Source: Octopus sinensis (Eukaryota). From it: a DNA stretch of 64,000 nt. How positions within the stretch are numbered: the stretch's first letter is position 1; the number at the start of each line of letters is the position of its first letter. The notes below the pieces were generated by a model. That model saw only the letters and a program-made list of their open reading frames with translations. It was not told the origin of the DNA and searched no databases. Positions 36,803 to 48,916 of this stretch are shown here, piece after piece. Where the stretch lies: assembly GCF_006345805.1 (NCBI RefSeq), contig NC_043000.1:153016001-153080000 (forward strand). Direction: 5' to 3'. The position numbers and the translations under genes were made by a program.

Positions 36803-38700
36803 ATACTTTGATACTTTGATAGGTTTCGGCCATTATTGGCCCAGGCCATGTCTAACTTAATACCACCACCTGGTGAAGTCTTTCAAGTCAGAATTTGGGC
36901 ACTATGGCCCACTCAAGTAGAGAGTTATTGTTTACAGAGACATATCCGGGTGTAGGGGGTTTATCCGGGATTTCTTGAAGGAATCTGTCCAAAGACTTCT
37001 TGAACCCTATAGGGTCTGTTTCTGTTTTAATGTGTTTTGGTGTAATGTTAAAGAGAGCGGGGCCAATTGAGGTGAAATAATTGTGCCGTATTGTTGTTAT
37101 GAGATGAGAGTGCGATTTTTGTTGTGGGCGGATGGCACGGGGCCCAAGCCTTGGATGTACCTTAAAGGTGATGCCAACATCATTTGGGCAATGCTGATGG
37201 AATATTTTCCACATCATGCAGATGATGTAGCGCTCACGGCGACGTTGGAGAGAATAAAGTTTTAGCTTTTCTAGTCGACCTCAATAGTCGAGGCCTGTCA
37301 TGCCATCTATCTTTTTTGTGATTGCCCTTTGAGGTGCTTCAACTTTTATGATACTTTGTTTTGTGTGGGGAGACCACAGTGGACAACAGTATTCAAGGTG
37401 GGGTCGGGCAAAAGCGGAGAAGAGAAGGATAATGTTGTGGATATCTCTCGACTGGAAAGTTCTGAGAATCCAGGAACACATTCTGCGGGCCATGTCAACT
37501 TTGGTGTTTATATGAATGGCCCAGCTTATGTTGTTGTCCACAATTACTCCCAAGTCTCTGATGTTGTTGGATGCCACGAGAGTTTCACCTGAAGGAAGGG
37601 AGTATGGGAGTTTCAGGGCATCCTCTTTTCTAAAGTGGATTAACTCGAATTTATCCTCGTTCAGCAGCATATTGTTCTTTTCTGCCCATTGGATAACAGC
37701 CAGTAGATCTGACTGAAGGCATGTCCGGTCACTCGCCTCATTTATGACCTTCTGGAGCTTGGAATCATCTGCAAAGATTTTTATGTTGCTGTGCTTGATG
37801 ATGTCATTAATGTAGATGATAAAAAGAAGTTGGCCCAGCACAGTGCCTTGCGGAACGCCACTACTGACTTTGGCTGGGCTTGATTTTACCCCTTCAACTA
37901 CAACATGTTGAGATCTGTCTGTCAGGAAACACTTGATCCATTTCAGTAACTTTCCAGAGACACCAATGTTGGATAGCTTTTTCAATAGGATCTTGTGATC
38001 AACCCTGTCGAAGGCCTTGCTGAAATCAAGGAAGATGACATCGGTGTTGGAGCCCTCTCCCAAAGCTCTCAAAATGTCATCAAAGTGATGCAGGAGCTGC
38101 GTTAGGCAGTCCCTTCCATTACGGAACCCATGTTGGTTAGAGATCAGCCGTCTGTTGCTTTCCAGAAATTGGGTTATTCGAGATCTCACCACCCTCTCAA
38201 ATACCTTGATGATATGAGAGGTGAGTGAGATCGGACGGTAGTTCACTGCAAGGGACAAGTTTCCCTTTTTGAAAACTGGGACAACAGACTGGGACAGAAA
38301 GCTTTTAGGAATATAGCCAGCATCCAGTGAGTTTCTCCACAGATTAGCAAGGGGAGATGCAAGTTGGTGTCGACACACCTTCAGGACACAAGCAGAGAAC
38401 CTATCGGGGCCTACTGCTGAATTGTGTTTTATTTCGTTTATCGCCGCTAAGACATCAGGGGCACCAAACTATATGTCCGATATAGTGTGTTGGGGGTTGA
38501 CATCACTGATACAGCCCAGATCGGCCATATCAGGATTGCTGAAAACAGAGCAGTATTGTTTCTGCAGTATCTCGGCCATTTCCATCAATTAGAGGGCCAA
38601 CAGTGGAGACAGTGACCCTGTGTTTCCTCGCAAATGAAAAGAATACTTTGGGGTTGAGTTTGATTCTTTCATTATATCAACTTCTCCTCAACTGATCTTT
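36803..38700 (-). mobile_element. 5'-truncated CR1-group LINE (RT and C-terminus) with (ATCAAAGT)n tail
   Basis: 365-aa ORF 37281-38378: QHGFR, FLDFSKAFDRVDH, SGVPQGTVLG, FADDSKL, RPHLEYCCPLWSPH; continuation 36888-37217. Confidence 0.92.
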
Positions 38701-38777
38701 GGTTATTGATGAGGGTCTTCATGCATTGTTGGAGGTTATATTTTTGGGATATATATATATATATATTATATATATAT

Positions 38778-38855
<78 letters not shown>

Positions 38856-38858
<3 letters not shown>

Positions 38859-39398
38859 CAAAATAAGGGTAAAAGAAAAATTCTAATGCCAAATATGCCG
38901 AAAAAAAGACAAAAATTGTCAATAACCATTATAATTTATGCGTCTCGAAACAAACCGATAGAAATTTCTAAAAAGTCCGTTATTACCGTATTGGTCCCAA
39001 TTTCGGGGTTAATTCATAAGAATTTTCCCCTCTTCAGCGATAAATACGTGAGATATAAGTGAAATACTTACTCATACCCACGGAAAAAGCAAGTACTAAG
39101 TCCTGAGCAGACCTAAGTACCCCAAATATATCCAAAATAGAAAATCTTCCGCATATCTCGAGACACGTGTAATTCGAACTAGAAACTTTCACAGAGTGAG
39201 AGAAACTGGAAGTGAACACTATTAAATTTATAACTAATGTAGAATAACATTTTTTTCGGGGAAAAATGTTATCAATGGCCAGCATACCAAAAAATACCTT
39301 TAACGGTTAAATTTATAAATAATTTACAAAATAAGGGCAAAAGAAAAATTCTAATGCCAAATATGCCGAAAAAACAAAAATTGTCAATAACCATTATA

Positions 39399-39404
<6 letters not shown>
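38856..39404. repeat. 468-bp unit with ~84-bp direct terminal repeat, embedded in (TA)n
   Basis: TTACAAAATAAGGG(T/C)AAAAGAAAAATTCTAATGCC...CCATTATAATTTA at 38856-38939 and 39324-39404. Confidence 0.85.
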
Positions 39405-39440
<36 letters not shown>

Positions 39441-39664
39441 GAGGAGTCGTTCTTTAATTGGAGTAGTTTCCAAAAGATTTCTAACGTTGATTCTTCATAC
39501 TTTACTTTGGATTTACTGGTGTAAAATGGCGTAGATACAAAAAGTTATGTAAGTATATTAAGTATATGATTTAAGTTATAGAACGAAGTTCGACAAATTC
39601 AATCATATTTTTCAAATATGTAGGAAATTAGATGTTAATATGAGATAAGATATTTATTCAAGTC

Positions 39665-39725
39665 GCTAGACGATCGTTTCGTACAGGACAAGAATCCGTG
39701 TTGTCAAAGAGTACTCATCAGTAGC
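39665..39725 (-). ncRNA. Type I hammerhead ribozyme with fully canonical core
   Basis: GCUA-CUGAUGA-GUAC[...GACAA..UUGUC..]GUAC-GAAA-CGAUCG-UC/UAGC; G10.1-C11.1 pair, palindromic helix III ACGAUCGU, GUC site. Confidence 0.85.
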
Positions 39726-40249
39726 ATAAGAAAAATAGGAGGTTAATAAAGAAAAGGGTGGACTTAACAATTACATGGGTATTGTGTTCTTACTAATTTC
39801 TAATGTGCAATTGTTATAGGAGTCATGTCTATTTAAAACACGTCTAACGAGTAACGGTTTGGGGATGATACATATAACATAGAAATATGGGTAACCTTAT
39901 TTCTATAGATTAGTGTAAATGAGCTAGTTTAAAACTCCATATAAGAAGTAAGAAGCAAGTGTGTTTGAAAATCCAAATAAGGGAGTATGGAATATTTAAA
40001 TACAGGAGACTGAAATTTATATTCGACGGTTAATAATCATTTTGGTTTTTTTTTACAAATTAGAAAAAAATGTTTAAGAGCCCTCATAAATGGTTAGTGG
40101 TATATAATATAAACTTTATAATAGAATGTTTATGTAAATAACATGCCAGAAATATAAAAGGAAATAATTTACAGGAAATTGTTAAAGCAGTAAAACTTAG
40201 ATACTAATAAGCGGTTAATACGATAATATAAGATAAGTATAAAACCTAT

Positions 40250-40654
40250 ACTCTTTTACTCTTTTACTTGTTTCAGCCATTTGACTGCGGCCATGCTGGA
40301 GCACCGCCTTTTTAGTCGAGCAAATCGCCTCTGGGACTTATTCTTTGTAAGCCCAGTACTTACTCTATCGGTCTCTTTTGCCGAACCGCTAAGTGACGGG
40401 GACATAAACACACCAGCATCGGTTGTCAAGCAATGCTAGGGGGACAAACACAGACACACAAACATACACGCACACACATATACATATATACCACGGGTTT
40501 CTTTCAGTTTCCGTCTACCAAATCCACTCACAAGGCTTTGGTCGGCCCGAGGCTATAGTAGAAGACACTTGCCCAAGGTGCCATGCAGTGGGACTGAACC
40601 CGGAACCATGTGGTTGGTAAACAAGCTACTTACCACACAGCCACTCCTGCGCCT
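40250..40654 (-). mobile_element. SINE family A
   Basis: Full-length reverse-complement match. Confidence 0.9.
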
Positions 40655-41357
40655 ATAAGGATAATAAATGAATATATGATGATTATGGGGTATGTTACTT
40701 AAAATGTTCGCTGCTAAAACTATAAACATATATGGAATGGTATATAGAAAAAATATTTCGAAAAGATTAGAGAATAATTTTAGAGAAAGTAGATATTATC
40801 GAAAGTCGAGTAGTGTAGAGGAGGTAATAAATAAGGGGAAAATGGTCTAGTTTATATCTACTAGCAGATAGAAAAATTTAAACTATTGGCATTATATGTA
40901 TATGGATAGAGTTACTCAAAAAATATTTTTTACTTGTGTCATATATATAGTTATACATATAGAGGTTTGGGCATGTAAATACCGATACAACTGAATATGC
41001 ATATATAAAAAAACATGATTTTTGTACAAGTAAAACAACGCTATTGTGTATATACTTGCGTATATACACATATACATATATACACTGACAATTATGGACA
41101 AAAATGTTATCAGACATCGAAACATACGATAATGCATATGTGCACCCTATAGACGACAGTAACAAAAAGACACTTTTATACACTGAACACCTGTACCCAT
41201 GTACACATATGTACATAAATAATTTTTATATATGTGCCTGAATTTTTAGTGGCGATATAGGTATAAACATACATCATTATATTATAAAAAAAATCAAATA
41301 TACATTATAGAAAAATATATAAAAATTATAATATTTGAAAATTATTTAAATATATCA

Positions 41358-41420
41358 GTGGTGGTGCCCCAGCATGGCCGCGGCCTTCGGGCTGAAACAT
41401 TTTAAAGGATTTTAAGGATT
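41358..41420 (+). mobile_element. Isolated retroposon 3' tail related to the SINE A tail
   Basis: GTGGTGCCCCAGCATGGCCGCGG..GGGCTGAAACA followed by (AAGGATTTT)-type repeats. Confidence 0.55.
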
Positions 41421-42092
41421 ATACCCTAAACATTTGAATAAAAAAAAAAAAAAATAGTTGTGAAAATAGTTATAAATCTAGCTGGCTAAAATATACCTAT
41501 ATATAAAAAAGGTTAAATTAAAAAATTAAATAACAAAGATTATATATGTATATAGGGGAGGTCATAATCAAATACTTATGTATGATTTTATGTACAATTA
41601 TATACTGGGATACTTCTGTACATATGTGAGAAGTATCCAACTACAGAAGATGCATTTTTTAGATCTGAGCATATATATAAATAAATATGCGTACGGAAAT
41701 GGTTCGCAAGGTTCCGAGCTGGAGATTTTAGCCTTATTGATAAAGAGCGATCAGGCAGACTATCCACTACAGATGATGACACACACACACATATAGGATC
41801 TAGTTTTTTCATTCGCAAAATATGCTTTTTGTAGAAGACAGTAAGAAATCTGAAAATTGGCTATAATAATGTAGCATTCCAGTCTCATTGCTTTGAAGGT
41901 ATGATGTTGTGAATAAAAAAAAAAATTGGAGAAAAATGTTACAGAGGTTTAAACATCGAAAAAAACTGGGTATTTTTAGTCAATAGTGAGACAGAAATTT
42001 TCTGCGTTTAACGGAGTGATGTCAACTTTAAGGTTGTACCTTGTGAAATGTAGCGTCTGACCTGTTCATTGTAGGCTTGTAAATAAACAGAA

Positions 42093-42489
42093 ATCTTTAT
42101 ATATAAAAGTGAAGTTGTGTGTCTGTCTCCTACGATTTAGATTCCTAACTACTCCTACATTTTGCGATGCAGTTTAACCAAAACCGGGTATCTTATAGTC
42201 GTGATTCATATCGAGCCCTTCTGGGTATTAGCGCGCGTCTACGATGAGTCTACGATTTAAAAACAATTACCATCATTTTTTCCATTTTAATGCATTTTTT
42301 CGCTATTATATAAGGGAAGTAACCCTCTAAAAATGTCTACGATGAGTCAACGATTTAAAAAAAATTTACCATCATTTTTTTCCCATTTTTAATGCATTTT
42401 TAAAACTATTTTTTGGCTATAACTCTCTAAAAATGCTTATATAGTTATTTCCCTTACAAACCCGAGCAACGCCGGGCGATACTGCTAGT
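42093..42489 (-). mobile_element. Helentron-like non-autonomous element with internal ~100-bp tandem duplication
   Basis: 5' ACTAGCAGTATCGCCCGGCGTTGCTCGGG hairpin start, 3' TTTTATATATAAAGAT; homologous to 56813-57120. Confidence 0.7.
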
Positions 42490-42633
42490 ACCTAATAAAA
42501 TCAACATCTTCTGGATTTAGTCTTTCTCTTTCATTAATTGTATTTTTAAAATCTTTAAAAAATTTATATTAATACATTTGTCTGGATGTGCTTACTTTGT
42601 GCGTATTTCAGTATTATGTATATCTGCCATGTA

Positions 42634-42840
42634 TCTTTTTTTTTTACTTGTTTCAGTCATTTTGACTGTGGCCATGCTGGAGCACCGCCTTTAGTCGAGC
42701 AAATCGACCCCGGGACTTATTCTTTTGTAAGCCCAATACTTATTCCATCGGTCTCTTTTGCCGAACCGCTAAGAGACAGGGACATAAACACACCAGCATC
42801 GGTTGTCAAGCATGCTAGGGGGACAAACACAGACACACAA

Positions 42841-42888
<48 letters not shown>

Positions 42889-43080
42889 TATATATATTAT
42901 ATATATATATATATATACGACAGGCTTCTTTCAGTTTCCGTCTACCAAATCCATTCACAAGGCATTGGTCGGCCCGGGGCTATTATAGAAGACACTTGCC
43001 CAAGATGCCACGCAGTGGGACTGAACCCGGAACCATGTGGTTGGTAAGCAAGCTACTTACCACACAGCCACTCCTGCGCA
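42634..43080 (-). mobile_element. SINE family A
   Basis: Full-length reverse-complement match. Confidence 0.9.
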
Positions 43081-43094
43081 TAAGTGTGTTGCGC

Positions 43095-43126
<32 letters not shown>

Positions 43127-43399
43127 AAAGGGGGGCGTCTGTCTCCAAAACTTCAAAGTTGAGTAACGTTTTCATGCTTGGATTTGTAAACTACGATAAG
43201 AATAAATACGGAAAGAGCACAGAAAAATGCTAACGCTCAGAAGCAGAGAAAAATACGTAATATGCTAGCACAGAAAAAAATTAAAACAAAACATGCAGGT
43301 GAAAAGAATCTTGTGGTGTGAAGAACCATTTGTAAAAAAATCAACATAGAACAGCGTGCGTCACAGACAACAGTGAGGTGAACCACAACACAGCGTCCT

Positions 43400-43413
43400 G
43401 TTGCCATGGTAAC
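43400..43413. promoter_or_regulatory. RFX X-box-like palindrome with nearby inverted CCAAT boxes
   Basis: GTTGCCATGGTAAC; ATTGG at 43441 and 43507. Confidence 0.35.
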
Positions 43414-44129
43414 AAGCTGCTAATGCCACGCTGTCTGTTGATTGGCTAAAATTTCCCAACTTTAATTCCAAATAACATCAGATTCTTTAATTTACGAGAT
43501 AAAGTAATTGGTTGGTCGTAATCAAAATTCAGAGTTGTATCGATACACCGAAATTGAAAGCAATCTGAGCAGAATTAAGCGGGGCTGATTTTGCGAATGA
43601 GATAGACTAGATTCCACCCCCCATATATATATCTTTAAAATATTTTTTTTAGACTTAGGGAATAATAATTACTCCAGGTTATCAGGATATTTACTATTTT
43701 ACACTTTACTAATGCAGAGCAAACAGTATCAATTATAATATTATTATTACAAATTTGAGATTTTACCAATAGGACCGCAACTTCAATTTCAGGACAACCT
43801 TATTTTCTGGAGTACACATAGAAACTTATATCCAAAATACTAATCTAATAATATACGCATTTTAAAGCCTACTATAACATACAATAAGAATAAAGTACAT
43901 TAGAATTAATTATAAATTATTTAAACATATTTAAATATATATATATATATATATATTCACCTTACCTGTTATTAGTCTGTGGGGAAAGAAGATAATATTA
44001 ATCAACGCTACACGTGTTTCTGTCTTGGTGGTTTGTTTTACCAGGCTATACCTAATACATAAGTCCATCAGTGCGTCCTCAGGCTATTTATCTTTTTATT
44101 ATTAATGGATCCAACTTAATCCAAAAATT

Positions 44130-44804
44130 CTAAGATATCTTCATTAAAAAATAAGAACACACACGCGCGCGCGCGCATACACAGAGACACATGCACACCA
44201 CACAAAACACACACGCACAACATATACATTCACGCACACACATACATACACTGGCACACACATACTTCAAACTGCCGGTCAAACACCTTTCTACTGACCA
44301 TTCCTCTACGCACATGTGAAGAGACACACAGCGACACAAAGAACCACCACTCTTGTTCCATGCTGCTGAATTCTTCCCACAATATTAAGAGACACAAAGT
44401 TCACTCACACATACACATATAAACAACCAACACCACACACACAACACACACATACACACACACACACACACAGACGCACAGATTTGCGCGCACGTACATG
44501 CCCCCCACACACACACATATACTTCCTTCTCTTACACTCTCCTGTCTTAGAAAGAACATTTTCTTCACCCATTCCCTTCCGGTCATTTCAAAATCTAACC
44601 ACATGTGAATCGTTGGCGATTTTTTCCCTCCGTCTTCATTTTCATTTGGACTTTCCTCTGTCTCCTGTTTCTGAAGAAGAACTTTGCTCGAAACGTAAAA
44701 CCACCTTTCTTTCTTTCCCTGAGCGTCTGCTAATAGTTTGCATGTACCACGTTCTCACGTTGTTGTTTTATTCTTGTGTTTGTTCTTCGTTTTTTATTAT
44801 TTAC

Positions 44805-44870
<66 letters not shown>

Positions 44871-45560
44871 TAATATTATTACAAATTAGTGTGAGAGTGT
44901 GTGTGTGTGTATGTGCATGTGTATGTGTGTGTGCGTGTGTGTGTGTGTGTGGAGTTATATGTGCGTTCCTCTGTGTGTGTGTGCGTATATGTGCGTGTGT
45001 ATGTCCATGTATGTGTGATTGTGTGCGTATATGTATGAGTGCGTGCTGTGTGTGTGGGAGGTATGTGCGCGTTCATGTACGTGTGCATGTGTGTGTATGT
45101 GTGTGCGTACGTGGCGTTGTGTGTCAGGTATGTATGCATTCCCATGCTTGTGTGTGTGCGTGTGTGTGTATGTGTGTGCGTGTGTGTGCGTGTGTGTGCG
45201 CGCATATATGTATGTGTTGCGTGTGTACATGTATGCGCGTGTATGCATGCGTGTGCGTGTGTGTATGAGCGTGTGTATATGTGAGTGTACGTGGGTTGTG
45301 TGTGTGGAGCTATACATGCATTCCTGTGTGCGTGCGTGTGTCTATGTGTGTGCGCGTGTATGCGTGTGAATGTGTGTGTTTATGCGTGTGTGTATGTGCG
45401 TGTATGTATGCGTGTGTGTGTGTGCGTGCATGTATGTGTGTGGGAGGTATATGTGAGGTATATATGCGTTCATGTCCGTGCGCGTGCGTGCATGTGTACG
45501 TGTGTGTGTGTGTATATGTACGTGTGTGTATGTATGTATGTGTGCCTGCTTACAGAAATA
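44130..45560. repeat. Compound (CA)n/(TG)n/(TA)n microsatellite region (interrupted at ~44520-44800)
   Basis: Directly visible. Confidence 0.95.
44667..44701 (+). ncRNA. Minimal type I hammerhead in a PLE pLTR-like fragment (~44590-44800)
   Basis: GUUU-CUGAAGA-A-GAAC-UUU-GCUC-GAAA-CG-UA/AAAC; palindromic ACGU helix III; one mismatch in helix II. Confidence 0.65.
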
Positions 45561-45799
45561 AAATAAAATATAATAAAATAAGATCGATAAAAAGGGGTAA
45601 GAGCGGGAAGGGTACAAGATGAAAAAATTTGAAATGAATAAAAAATACAAGGTAAAAAAATAAAAAAATAAAAATAAAAAAGAAAGAATAAAAAATAAAA
45701 ATAAAAAGCTTTAAGAATTATAATTAAAGGGATAAAATAGAAATTAATACAATAATAAAAATTAATATAATTAAAAAATTCGACAGAAAAAAACACGAT

Positions 45800-46460
45800 A
45801 AAAAATCGAATAAAAGGTAACAGTGTAAAAAAGTAAGTTGGTATAAGAGAGGATAAAATAAGATAAAATAAAATAAAGTGTAGCTTTTTTAATGAGGGGG
45901 TAGAGACAGTCGTTAAGAAGATGGGGTTGTGTTGAGTCCGAAAGGACTTTGTGTTTGTAGACTGATAATGTAATGCTGTTCCAGGCGGAGTTGGGAGCTT
46001 GTGGATCCGTGGTGTAGGGCGACGCCAAAAACGGAGATATTAGAGGTGGAGTGGTTGGCCAAGCGGAAATGACGGGTAGATGTTCGATGAACCGGTCGGC
46101 CATCCGGCAGGCCGTCTGACCAACGTAGAGTTTATTGCAGTAATAAAGCTTAAAGGGGTGCAGGAGGAGTTTCTAATGTAGAGGGTGTGCTCGTCGAATC
46201 CAGTGAGGGAAGTGGTGTTGGTGATGAAAGGGCAGGTGTGGCAGCGGGATCTAGAGCAAGGAAGGATCCGGATGGGGCTGGGAGGAAAGAAGGGAAGTGC
46301 TACGGACCAGTAGATCGTGTAGGTTACAGGCGTGTTTAAAGGAGTGCAAGGGTGGGTTGGGGAAATGGGGTGGGTGTTTGGATCTAGCTGGAGACCTGAA
46401 TATCTTACAACCCGACTGCTATTTTTGAAATTAAAAGCGAAATATTTTGTTGGTACCCTC
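45800..46460 (-). pseudogene. Decayed Penelope-like (Neptune-type) Cys-linker + GIY-YIG endonuclease
   Basis: CSRSRCHTCPFITNTT linker, then after a frameshift KLYVGQTACRMADRFIEHL. Confidence 0.75.
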
Positions 46461-46628
46461 ATGAATAGAAATTTGCTTTATGAACGTGGTCGTCCTCATA
46501 TTTGGATTAGAGAATGACAAACTTGGAACCCATACACAGCAGAAAACAATTCGTAGGAGGAAACTCTCCCTCGGAAAATGTTATAAGCTTGCACACGTTT
46601 TTGTTCCGATCCATTTTACCATCAGCGA

Positions 46629-46629
<1 letters not shown>

Positions 46630-46709
<80 letters not shown>

Positions 46710-46722
46710 CTATCTATCTATC

Positions 46723-46781
<59 letters not shown>

Positions 46782-46784
46782 CTG

Positions 46785-46817
<33 letters not shown>

Positions 46818-46826
46818 GTCTCTCTG

Positions 46827-46862
<36 letters not shown>
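46630..46862. repeat. (TCTA)n/(TC)n/(TA)n microsatellite
   Basis: Directly visible. Confidence 0.95.
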
Positions 46863-46864
<2 letters not shown>

Positions 46865-48916
46865 AAATGTCGTGATGGAACGGAGCGTATGCCAGCCAAC
46901 GAGAGGGCTTCGACGACTCCCTTTTGGTCCCTAATTCGCTAGATATATAAGTCAAATTCTTTCAAACTATAATCACCTACTGATCTAGGAAAATGAGAGT
47001 AAATAGTCCTAGTCATTTAGTTTGTGGTTCTACCTATGCTACTAACTCATGCTTCCTTTCATTTGCAGGTTGGTGCTTTATTAGAACATTTAAAATGTAG
47101 CAAATACTTCTTAGATGTCTGGGTATATTTACTTCCCTAACTCTTGATTCCGTATTTAATTCACCGTAGATTACAGATCGAATTCTGGTGTGGTACATTT
47201 TTTTTTATTATTCTCTCCAGAAAATTTATTAAGAAAAAAAAATTCATTCATATCCTCGTATAGTTTAAAAGTTACCATATATATTTTCATATATGAGTCA
47301 CTGAAAATATGCGATTATGATTTTTTTAAAGTTTGAAAACCACCCAAATTAGTGTGCTTAAAATCTTTAATCAAATTATTTATAATTATTGAGTAAACCG
47401 AGTTCACTTCAAATTATATAATTATAGCGAGATTAAATTCCTACAGAACAAAAATTGATAAATTCCCATGAAAACTATATCACGAGAAAAAATACTCAAA
47501 GGAAAAAACAAAAATAAACCGACGGAATGCTGAGCAAGTCTTTTTATTCTTTTTTCTCGGTTATGATCGAAAATTAAAATTTTAGTGGATTACATCTAAA
47601 TGTTAGAGGAAACACGCCAAGGTCATGAAGTGAGAACTTCCAAATCTAGCGTATTTCTTAGACAGGATGTATACCACTGAAACTGCTGTGGTCATTTCTT
47701 ACGAAGTCGGGCAAGTGAAAATCCACGGCTGCAGAAAAACTTTCAGCAACAGTTAATTTCACAATGAAAATTCATTTCATTTTGGTTCTAAATTTAGTTC
47801 GTCCAAAATATGTCAGTAGCGGTCTATTAGTTACTCTCCCGTCATCTCGCGTAAATTTCTGGAAAACAAACAGCCAAAGTACTGCACGTGTTCTATGAAT
47901 GACCTTGAAATTTTTCTCACCCAAAAGGAAAATAAAATGGAGCACTATCAGATATATATCTCTGAATTGAATTCAGTTCTTTCTCAGAATCAAAACTGTT
48001 CTTGGAATTACTTCACCTGTCTTCTGTTGCCGAGCTTCGGCAATTTTCCACATGCTTGGAGTAGAGAGAAAAAAAAACGAAAAGAAAAACAGCGGAAATA
48101 AGATAAATTTTTATTACTGAAAATCTTAACTCTTAATGCCAACGCGAAAAACTGGAAGTTAAACATATGCTTAGTGAAAAGGGCTGGGATTAAAAAAAGA
48201 TATAATGGTGCTGGGTAGAGAAGCTCTTGTGCCAAAATAGTACAAAATCAAAATGTTTCAGTAGTACAGTAAATTCAAAATCACTCTATAAAAATATAAA
48301 TACATGGATGTGGGGATGTGGGCTACGTGTCTCCAGATACTGAGTAGTTTGGTATGCAAAACGAAGTCCCTAATAAAGGCAATCAAAATTAGTACTTCGA
48401 GTTTTCTAAATATCAATCGTGCCAAACATACAAACGACATCGAAGCGAAATCATGGTTTCAGCTTAATATATTACGGATATTTATCATCAAATCACTTAA
48501 TTGATTATTAAGAAATTCCCTTATAAGAGGACAGGTTTTTTTGCTGGTCCATCTAAAATTTTAACAGTAGCGGAAAATGTTAATAGTAGCTGATGGACAT
48601 AAGTTGATTCCTTCATCAAGTGGTTGTTTATACTCCTACGAAGATCTGGCGGTAAAATTCAGATGAAGCCGTTTTCATAAACTTCTTACTCGGTTAAACA
48701 GTGTTTTCCGGAAGACGTTTATTGCCTTACAAAAGTAGAAATAGTATTGCAGACGATTCTAAAAGCAGATGTCCAGCTCTATGCATTGATGTTAATACAA
48801 TTTACGACCGAGAAGCATGACAATTAATGTATTCTCGATATTAATCTATTTTCAAATCAAATAAGAGGGTGAAACGAAAAAAAAAAATGTAGATTAGTTG
48901 ATTATTGATTCAAATA

